The position numbers were made by a program, and so were the translations under genes. The notes beneath the pieces were generated by a model that saw nothing but the letters and a program-made list of their open reading frames with translations, did not search any database and was not told the origin of the DNA. A stretch of DNA of 64,000 nt from Podarcis erhardii (Eukaryota). The stretch is from the NCBI GenBank assembly GCA_964252035.1, contig OZ176213.1, one strand, 5' to 3'. This document shows, piece by piece, positions 11,124 through 21,900 of the stretch (position 1 is the first letter of the stretch; every line of letters begins with the position of its first letter).

Positions 11124-11671
11124 CGTCAATTTTCTTGTTGCAGTATACCTAGGATTTCTCCTCTTACCAACTCTAAAGTGGCCCAGCATGATTGCTTGCA
11201 GCTGCCAGTGGAGGGAAGAAGCGAAAGTTGCTCATTTAATACGCTGACATCAATTGCTGTAGATGGCCTGTCCTTTTTATCCCTCGGTCCATGAGCGGTC
11301 TCATTCAAGGGTTCCCTAGAGTTCCTTACTTACTTATACCAGCCTACACTCTGTGTAGATGCAGACTAGGATCTGCCAACAAACGTGGAGGTGTTTACAC
11401 ATTGTTGGTGTAGTTGCTCATGGGTGGGAGGGGCAATCTTCTTGTGGAGACTCTTGTCCCTCAGATAAGAAAAAAATATATACACAGTGGATTGGGCACT
11501 AGCTAGAGTTCTTCCATGGTACGCTTTTGCTGCTGAACTTGGAAGAGTAGAAAGAAACGTGTGGGCTGGAGAAAAAAAGCAAAAATAAGACTGATGGCAG
11601 AAGAAAATGAAACAAATAGGGGTGGAGGAGGGCAGGTTACCTGAAAGGCACCAGCAGTCTTGCACCACTTG

Positions 11672-11677
11672 TTTATT
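11672..11677 (-). terminator. Probable TUBGCP4 polyadenylation signal
   Basis: AATAAA on the minus strand with a U-rich downstream tract; alternative ATTAAA at 11235-11240. Confidence 0.5.
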
Positions 11678-12230
11678 CTCCTGCACCAAACCCCACACAC
11701 AAAAAAGTAGAAAGAACACTTTCATTGGCAGACTCAGCCCAGAATGGAAATATACGGTATCTTCTCCCTGCTTCCGTATTTAGAGACACCAAATTACATT
11801 TTCAAAAAAGCAACTTTCCTGCAGTTAATCACACTTTTCCATTAAGAGCAGGTCAACGCTCACCCTGATTTGTACAGTGTAGCTCCTGGATGACGAGGGC
11901 AATGAGAGAACCTCCTTTGCTCGCAGCCTTACTTGCAGTGCTAGCAGTAGAAAGAGCCAAATTCGCTGACAATTGACAGCAGCATTTGAAAACAATTCAA
12001 AGTCAATGCTAAGCAGCACTTTCACTTCCGGAAAAACATGCAGCATAAGGAGAGCAGCACTAGAGACACATTTAATGAAGCGCACACTGACAGAGTCCTT
12101 TCTGAGTGCCAGGATGAGGTCCCAATATCTCTCAGCACCTTCCCCTCCAGAAGTCAGAACATGTATCCTGACCAGAGCAGGTTTGCTTCCCAGAAAAGGT
12201 GGCAACGGCCTTCATTGTGAGACTGGTGGT

Positions 12231-12246
12231 CTATTCTAATCCCACA
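12231..12246 (-). CDS. TUBGCP4: TUBGCP4 terminal coding exon (preferred candidate)
   Basis: Strong acceptor cttctttctctacag/ gives S-V-G-L-E-stop; a rival acceptor at 12337 gives SFGYC.. Confidence 0.55.
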
Positions 12247-15200
12247 CTGTAGAGAAAGAAGGGGCAGTTAATTAGAGGAAGGGCTGTGTGGCTGCAGCAG
12301 GGAGAAGGGTTGTGTAAATTGGGCACAGTAGCCAAAACTGCATGATGTTAGAGATGCACACACAACCAATTTCATATTATTTACAGACCACAGTGTGCAA
12401 AGTTTGAATTGCATTTTTTAACACTGCACACAGCTGGTTATAAATACATTTATATCCCACCTTCTAGGTCCCAAAACAGAAACAGCGGAAAGTCTAGATT
12501 ATGCCTAATCATCACATCCCTCTCACCAACAGCTCTCAAATAGGCTTAAGACCTTGTGTGTTTCTGGTTAGTAACAGGCCTGTGTAATTAAAGATTCCCA
12601 GTCCTTGGGAAACCTTAAGCCCTAGAAGGCAAGGAAACCCAGGCTAAGGATGGCTGTAGACGAGTCCACATTCAGGCAGAGCCCCCCACCTCCCACCACC
12701 AGCAGGAATATAACTAAAGGGGCTTGTGTGGTTTCCTGGCACTTGCCAAGGCCTACCTGCCCAAGGTGCCTCCAGCCTGGGTATAGTATTTGTTGTAGTC
12801 AAGACGTAACAGCAACTGAGCCAAGTCTGAATTGATCTGGTGATTGTGAACGCTGGAGAGGATCTTGAAAAGGAGTGAAGACTGACAGCTGAAGCCCTGC
12901 AAAGGTAAACGGCACCCATGAGCCATAAATTGAGAGCTCTGCCTTAGCAGAAAGGGCTGAACAGAGAGGACTAGAAGGCCACTCGAACCCATATGGGGAG
13001 GAAGCATCCCAGGCAGCTGCCCCACCTCATCGCTCACCCTTTGGGAACTGCTGTCCTGGAGGAGGAAAGGCCTCAGCTGTTGCTGCCAGTATGCCACAAG
13101 GGCCTGACCAAGGCTGTTTCTGATGAGCTTCATGGAAGAGCAATGGCCAGACTTCTTGTGTTCCTACCCCCACCCCATGCTGAATTCATCAGAGAGCTGC
13201 CTGCTCTGAGTTTTCAACATGCTTCCACAGGAGAGATGCCCCAAAAGCTTTGGGCGATGTTTTTCAGGTAGAAAAGTGCAAGGCGCACCTTGGCCAGGAT
13301 GCTCAACTGGGCTGTCCCCCGCTCATCCAATGGTCCCCGGTTCTGGCTGACAAGTGAGCAGAAGCTATGGCATAGATCCAGTATTTCATTCAGACAGTGG
13401 AAAGCCTGCAAAACCAAAGAGCAGAAAGGAGATGGAGGGCCTCACCAGAGCAGAAGCTTCTCGTCTTGCCCTTCCGCAGCCTGAGATAATGACAAGATTC
13501 AGCAGGATTATTGGATTGGTTTACTCAAACTATTTCACTTCTTGCTTAGTAGAGCAATTCTTAAGGTCTAATGGAGCTGATGCAAACAATCAAAACAAAA
13601 CAAAAATCTTCATACACTGCACAGCAGCTACCAAAGCCCGAAATTTCTGTTCAAGCATCATAAGCTGCTCTAAACATGAGTTTCCAAGACCAGTGAACAT
13701 TGATAGGCTTCTCCAGATTGCCAAATGCTACCAAGTCACCAGGAAGACACTCCCCCCAAAAAACACATGATGAAGGCAAACTGACACAGTTGCAGTTCAT
13801 TTATTTTCTATCCTGCTTTTCTATACAGACCTGTACCTCATCATTCACTTTAGCAGGTAAGGGCTTTGGTTGTGCTCATGGCCAAGCAACACAGCCATGT
13901 TCACAAGGGTCTGGCTTTTGCTTTAGTTCCTTCTTGCCGTGTTTGCATTGAAGTGAGCTAGGAGTGCTGTACTGGATGGGCATTTGGACTGTTCGAACAG
14001 GACCAGTTCTTCTCCTGGGGACACAAGGCAAACAAACTATGGGGATCACTCACTGGTTTCAGCAGAATGAAGGACTGTGCTAGGAGATTGCTCAAGAAGT
14101 GATCATGTGCCAGTCGAATGCTCTCAAAGTCACGGGTGGAGTTGATCTGCTGCAGAAGTTGGGAGAACTGAGACTCCAGAACATCCACCTGAGGATACGG
14201 AAAAGTGAGGGAGAAGATACTGCCTGCTGTTTCCAGTCATTTCCAGCCACCAATTTTTGGTGGGAAATTTAGGGTATCGCTGGGAGAACTGGCTGGTGCA
14301 TATCCCCTGGAGGAGTAGCACTGAAGCCTCAGAGTTAGCCCCTGAGACCTGTGTTGCTGCTCACCTGCAGGTAGTACTGCAGATTGTCTACAAGGAAAGT
14401 CATGTGATGGCGCAGTTGCCACTTGATGGCATCTGTCCTGTTGGATTCCAGGCGCTTGCACCACATCTGTAGAGCCCAGCAGTGCTGCAGTTCAGCCTGG
14501 ACTCGACGCACACTTAGCAGGTACTTGAAGACCACGTTGTACCTGCAAGCCAAGAGGAAGGCAAGCAAAAGATAGCTGGGTCAGACCAGGCCAGCCATCT
14601 CCTCCTCCCACCCAGGAAATGTGTGCTCTGCTACAATCAACCTCTGACACCAAAATGCCACAGAATCCACCTGGAAACAGAAACAGGGATAAAGCGGCCC
14701 TCACTTTTCCAGGACGGCAGGAGTAAAGAGGATATGCAGGGGCCACTGCACTCTGTAGGAGAGCCCCAGAGCAGCCCAGCCTGATGCGGGGGATTCATGG
14801 GGAGACAGTTCCCGAGAAGGCGTATCTCGAGCTTGAGCGGCATCTGAAAAGGAAGGCAGGTGGGCAACAATACGGCTGCAATCCTTGCTGGACCCCACCC
14901 TCCTTCCCTGCCACCCTCCTTCCCTGCCACCCTCCTTCTCATTTTATCAATGGGCAGCCAATGCAGATGAGAGACTTGCTCCAGGCCAGCCAGGGGGTTG
15001 ATGAGACTGGCCTTGGCTTTGAACTCCCAGCTTCCCAGACCTAGGGCTGCCATTTTGCCTCTGTGGAACCAAATTGGCTTTGTGGCTCTGTGCTTATAGT
15101 TGTGGTGGGGCCTAAACCTGCCCTGCTCAGGGCTGCTTGGCTCCCTGGCACCAGCACCCACCTCGGTGCTCCTTTCCATAATAGTGGATGGTCAGGTGAA

Positions 15201-15880
15201 GAAGAGGAAGCAGGTTGTCATCATCAAGCAGCACTTTGTGGGCAGATTGCTGGAAGGCCACATTCACATCTGAGGAGGAGAGCCAGACCAGAACGACTTA
15301 TTCCAGATGAGTGCACAGTGAGCAAGGAAGGCACAGTCACCTGTTTCCACTCTCCCACCCCCATGCCCTTTTCAGAGTTTGTGCCACAACAGCTTACAGA
15401 GCCAAACTGTGCCTATGCAGAGCCAAGAGTTTTGGTAGAAAGGCTTGAGAAGCAGGTAAGTATCTGAGTAGAGAGTTGTCGGTCTGATCCACCAACCTCA
15501 CCATCTCAGCCTAACGGAGAAGCCAGATCCTATGAAACTCACCATGTTCTGTCACTGCGGTGGGAGGTGTCTTCAACATCTGCTGTGCGGTGTCAATGAA
15601 GGCCTGAAACAGTTCTCCTCTCCCCAAGAGATAAAAATCTTTAATAATCTAGAAAGGAGGAGAGAATGACTAAATGCATCGGGATACAGAACCCATGGGC
15701 CCCTTCACTGGCAGGAGTGGGTCTCCTCCTGCACAAAGAGAGAGGAAAAACTTTGGAAGCTCCATATGGAGATTTGCATGTACCTTCAGTTGTCCTATTA
15801 AATCTGATTCTTCCACCATGAGCTTCCATAAGTGCTAAGGGAGAGAGAACAGTCCATCAGCATCAAGAACCAGGGATTCT

Positions 15881-15926
<46 letters not shown>

Positions 15927-18900
15927 TGTGAGCACCTTCCACCCCACTGCAGCCAGGACTTGATCTGTTTGCTTTGAGTGACAGAGACTACTTGCCCATT
16001 GCTGGGCAGGCTCTCCATGCTCTATATGGCAGGACTGACAAACAGCCGGTATATGGGATATTGTAACAGTTGAGGCTTTTTAAAAGCTTAATTATTGTGC
16101 AAGGTGCATTAGCAAAAGACAAATGTTAATTCTGGATCCCCACCTGTCACCCCTCCCCCCACACCAATTAGACTTTTGAAAAGCAGGAGAGAGGACTAAT
16201 ATCACCCCACTCTATGCATTGATCTGCCATTAAAATCAAATCTCCCCCACAGAGATTAGGCTTTATTAAAGCTTTTATTGTTGCTAATGGGAGCTTTTAA
16301 CATAGTGAGGCTTTCTTGAGAGGGGAGAGAATTCACTAAATGGATGCTGGTGGTGGTGATGGGGCTGCTCTGGCCTGGCCTGGTCCTTTTGACTCCATCC
16401 CTGCCACTTTCCCAGCATGTAATCCCAAGAAGGAATGTGGCCCTCAGCCTGAAAAAGGTTTTCCAGCAAGCTCTGGCCAAGGGGTTTGCAAACGGCTCCC
16501 TGCTGCTACTGCACAAAGAACTTAGCACATGCAACTCTAGAGCTATGGCTGACCTCCGCCACAGTGCTCCGTATCCAGTCCACCACTGTCTCAAAGTCCA
16601 CCAGGTTGAAGAGAGGCTGCTGTTTGAGGCGATGCAGCTCAGCCGCAAAGGTGTCCTCCTGGTTCTTCAGGATGGAGCCTGTGAGGCAACGGAAGGCAAG
16701 GAAGAGTGGCCTAACCTGGACACAAGATGTCAGTCATGGCCTCCATCAGCAGAGCTTTGCAGAGGACAAAGGCTGTTCAAGGCTGCACGAAGATCCAGCT
16801 TGGAAAAGTGGAGGAGAGGAAAAGGGGAAATTGCTCTCCCACTTTTTCAAGCGAGTTCTTGAATAGGTCAGAATTTAATACTGGAGAGTGTTTGAATTGT
16901 AAGAATTTGAAGCCTTTCAAGCTCCTGAAACACACTGAGCTTCAATGAAGTTTTGCATCTGTGAGCACCAGAGCCTGTTCTCCTTTTTGCTTTGTGGCTG
17001 ACAGATGCCAACAACCCAAGCTTATATAGTAGACGACCAAGATGCTTCAAATATTTTAAACAGATGGAAATGGAAAACAGCTTCACTCCAGCCCACTGAG
17101 GACTGTGCAGTGCATCTGATGGCAGCAGATGCAACTACAATTTGGGAAACCGGTAACAAAGCAGACAATGGAGGTGGGCTGAGGACGGTCTGCCTTTGTT
17201 TTCTCCTGGAAACAGCTGGCTGGTATTAAGTCAGAAAACCTCTTGCTGTTCCAAAGTGGCCTTCCTGAGAGGAGGGCACTGTGGCTCCAAAATATTTTCA
17301 GTGCTTCCCAGTTGTTCTGTATTAAGTACAAATACCAGAGCTAGGAGGAAGCAGGTCCTATACACACACACACACACACACACAGCAGCCATCAGAAAGC
17401 AGCCTGAGAGCTAGACCCAGCAGGAAGAAGAAATTTTAATTCACTGTAAACATTAAAGGCACCTCCTTGGGGGCTGTATTGGTGAGGCAAAGCACCAACA
17501 GGGCCTCACTTTTTCTTTTCTTTTTACCAAAAGCTGTGGAGCCACCATAGTAGGGACACAGGTGGCATTGTGGTCTAAACTACTGAGCCTAGGGCTTGCC
17601 AATCAGAAGGTCAGCGGTTCGAATCCCCGCAACGGGGTGAGCTCCCATTGCTCGGTCCCAGCTCCTGCCAACCTAGTAGTTCAAAAGCACATCAAAGTGC
17701 AAGTAGATAAATAGGTACCGCTCCGGCAGGAAGCTAAATGGTGTTTCCGTGTGCTGCTCTGGTTTCGCCAGAAGCGGCTTAGTCATGTTGGCCACATGAC
17801 CTGGAAAACCTATCTGCGGACAAACATCGTCTCCCTCGGCCAGTAAAGCGAAATGACCGCTGTAACCCCAGAGCCATTCACGACTGGACTTGGGGTCCTT
17901 TACCTTTACGGAGCCACCATACTCTACCCCAAGGAAAGAGTGGCAGAGCAAGGGGGAGGGGTGGCTTGAGTGCTTTACAGGGAGGGTCCATTCCATCTTG
18001 CGCAGACACCTGGTGAGGCATCCCAGCACTTCTCTGCTATGTCCCAGGGTGCCCTTATGAATGGACAGCCAAGAAACAACCACCCTGCAACTTTCAATCC
18101 TTGCTCCCCCCACACAGAATGAAATGAGGCAAAGTGTCTCCTACCTTTTTTGGTAAGGCTCACATTTTGACTCTCAAACATCTGGACAGACTCTCCCACA
18201 AAAAGGATCTTCTCAGCAACTCGCACAGGGATGTAGGATGGCAGCATTTCAATCCGCAGAGAGAACTGCTTTGGGGATGGTGCCAACATGTTCTCCTCTT
18301 CAATCAGCCGCTGTTGGAAGGAGAGGTGAAAATGGGGGAAAGTCAAAGAACCCCACACACAAACGTGGGGGCTCCAAGTAGAAAGCTCCGCCCCCAATCC
18401 TGAGGACTGTCCATTGAAGGGTAGGTATGTGTTAAGACTTAGTTGGAACCACCAAGCTGTGTCAGCGGGGAGCGGAGCATGATTCTTGATCCATGAAACA
18501 ATGGCTGAGGAGTCAGAAAAGAATACTTGAGCTATCAAAAAATAAAGTTCTAGACCCAACTACAAAAAGATGACTGGAGGGGACTGAACAGGTTTCACAA
18601 GGCAAGAGAGCACCTGGCTTGATGGCTGAGCATCTGCTTTGCATCCAAGCAGCCTTGCATGTCCAACCCCACAACAACATCTCCAAGTGGGACAAGGAGA
18701 AGATTGTGAAGCCCTAGGGAGGGGCTGCTAGGCAGTGTGGACTATGCCGAGCTAGAGGGATTGGGAGGCGGATTCAGCTTCCTTTGTATCTAGCACCCAA
18801 ACCTCACCATGTCCTGCAGCTCTCGCAGCTGTTTCCCCGTCAGCCCTCCGATCCCCAGGTCCTCCTCCTCCTCTTCGGGCTGGGCAGGGACAGACCCTGA

Positions 18901-21900
18901 GGAAGGGCCTTGCTTGATGAAGAACTCCTCATGTTGGTCCAGAAGCAGCCCATGCAGCATCCAGGCAGAGAGTTGCTTGTACATGGCAGCATGGCACATG
19001 GCCAAGACCCTGGAGGGGGGGCACAGCAGCAGAGGGAAGGGGGCTTGACCAGGCTGCAGCCACAATGGAGCTGGTGCCATTGGTGGCTGGGGACAGGGAA
19101 ATAAGCACCATCCAAGGCAACAGTGGGACTTTAACTTATTCAGGGGACCCATAACCTGGCATTCCTCTTTAGCGCTTGGGCAGGAGCCTCCAGGAGGGTT
19201 TCTTACTTTTCCAAAGCACGGCGCACGGGTGGCAGGCCACCTCGGCTGTGTCTGTGAACCACCTCCAGGATTTGACAGCCATGAATCTGCAAAGGAAAAG
19301 CAGATCCCTTGCAAGAGCTGACGTTGCCATATCTTCCTACAACACTGGCTGGCAGCTGGATTATGGAAGGTCCAGAGACCAGCTAGCCTAGATGGAGGAA
19401 GAGGAGCCCATCTTAAGCTCCTCATCCACATGCAGGCAGCATTTCCAGCTCCCTGCTCTACTTTTCTGTGGATGATGGTACCAGAACTTCTACTTCCCAT
19501 TTTTCACCTCTACTGAGGTGAGAGAAATCAGCACCATCTCAGTTACACACAAGATTTGCCCTCTCTTTTCAAATCAAGCCAGGCAGGTGCCTATAAAAAG
19601 AGGGCCACCACCAAGGGAGATCAGGATTCTCAACTGTACCTTCTGGGTCTTTATTTGCTCCACCACAGTCATCAGTGAGGGGAAAAGGAGCTGGAACTGC
19701 AAAACAAGAATCAGATGGTGAGGAATGATTTGCTAGTTTGAGACAAGGATGGGGGAAAAAGAGAACAGAGTGTTGTACTTAATGTGACAGACAAGATCTT
19801 TTTCTAATGTGGGTTGGGAATCCTCCTATGAGCTGCTCCTCCCACTCACTCCAATAGGGAAGGCTATACAGAACAGTCTGTGTGGGAAAGAGCCTTCCCT
19901 AATTTCAGTGTCACACAGCAAAATGGAAGTATCTTCCTTCTTGCACAGGGGCTTCATTTGTGTGTGGTCTTCATGCTTTGTCCCCCCCCCACCCCTGCAG
20001 TTGGGGCTCCCCCTCCCCCAATAGTCTACCTAAATAAGTAGACATCTACTAAGATTACCTCCCTAAATTCATTAATTCTTCAAGGAATGTTATTTGCCCC
20101 CTTTTAAGGTGCAGACACTGTACCTGCTGTGTAGGAGACACTCAAAGATAAAAGTGTCAGATTTCTCTTGCTTAGGACATCAGAAATTGGAACTGGTTGC
20201 CAAGATTCTACTCACAGAGGTTCACTCTGCCACAGTATGTTTCCTAAACCACACACAATTACTTGCACCACACTTTAGGTTTTTGCAAACTTTCTGCATG
20301 ATCAGGATTATGTTCCTTAAGATAATGCCTGTGCAAGCCTTTTTCTCAAAACAGGAAAGGAGAGGCCTTCCATGTTGCCTATTGAACATCAGGCAAGGGT
20401 GCAATAACTAACAAGGATCAACATCAATGCAGGCTATAAATGCAGTTCGGAAAATTAAGCTTCCCTTCAGACCCAAAGTACATATTAATTACTGCACAAA
20501 AGATCTGCCACCTTAATGAACCAGTTGGAGGAGACTTGTGGATTGCAGCCTCCTAGTTTCTCTGCGTGTCTACAGAGTTTCCTTGTGAAAAGCTCTGATG
20601 CTGCTGCCGCCAACTGGGATGGGTCCAGAATTTTGCTATTATCACTGAAAATGGGCATCTGCCTAAACTAATGTTACCTTTCATTAGGAGGCCCTTTGCT
20701 CATAGGTAGGGTACTTTAGCAAAAACTGAACTTGCCTAGGCAGCCCCCTGCCCCACAAGAATGTGGTCTGATTAACCCCCTTGTCTTCCTTCAGTGCAGC
20801 CTGCAATGTAGAATAATTTTCAGTGGAAGGCAGCCAACATTGAGTTAAGAGTGATGCATACATAATTATCCCTAGGCAGCACTCCTTTCTCTTTGACAGG
20901 AAGAGAGACTGAGTCCCCTGTCAGGATCTTGCCTCTCCAAACTGACTAGTCCCTAAACAGGTAAATAAAGGTGCTCTGGGGTAAAGCTGGTAAATGGCCC
21001 CTCAGATGGAGCCAGAGCTCTTGTATAAGACCCTCCATTCTCATATTGTAGCCACTCAGGATGATAAACTTTTTATCTCTCTTTCCAAGCTTCCTGTGTC
21101 CCAAGAGCCTCTCTCTGAGAGACTCAAGAAAATACTCGCCCATTGCTCACACTGGCAGTTCACAGGATGTCCCTTGGGGCAGGAGGGCCCTTACAGAGAT
21201 TGGGATAGCCTGAGGGAAGGAAGAGAATCTTTGCCTTTATGTAGGTTGTGTCAAGGCTTGCTCCTGCCTCAGATTTTTTATTTGTTCCACTGCAGGAAAA
21301 GGATCGGAGACAGGAAAGTGGCCGTGGAGCCCCATCCCTTGTGCTAGAGCTCCAGGGCTCAGCGAGACAAGAGCAAGAGCAGTTGAGGTCCTGCCCTTCA
21401 AAACAGACCTCCAGACCTTATTCAAGACGATCAGTGTGAACTAATACAGCTCACTCATATAGGCAAGCCTCTTTTCAGCAGGCAACCATGAAGAGAAGGC
21501 ACCATCCAGAGAAGGCAGCTCCTCTAACAGAAGGGAGGTATGGGCAGGGAGAACTCACTTGATCCAGCGAATAATTGACATGCGAGATGGTAAGGTGAGG
21601 ATCGGCCAGGAACTGCAAAAAATGAAAGGTAGGGGTAAGAGACTGGAGTAAGACTTTGTTTTGACTTGTTGTTTTGCAACTCCTGAGTTGAACAAGCAGG
21701 GAAGGAGCACTCCCTGGAGCTTTTTGAATATAGCAGTTATGGTGCAGGTTGGCTTATCAGGTAAGCACCTGCTGGGTCTGGAACCACCTCCAGGCTTAGC
21801 ACCTGCTTCTGTGGAGAAGGGAGCTTCCTCCAGCCTCAGCTTTCAATATTGCATTAAGCTCCTCTTGCCCATTCTCTCAACTAGCCTTTTCTCACCACCA

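Noticed and set aside
11366-11725. 119-aa minus-strand ORF with a signal-peptide-like start (MKVFFLLFCVWGL)
   Set aside because: Spans the probable TUBGCP4 poly(A) signal and its U-rich downstream element, which explains the hydrophobic codons; no recognisable homology
17553-17640. tRNA-like A and B boxes
   Set aside because: Head of a SINE with TSDs, not a tRNA gene; no full cloverleaf
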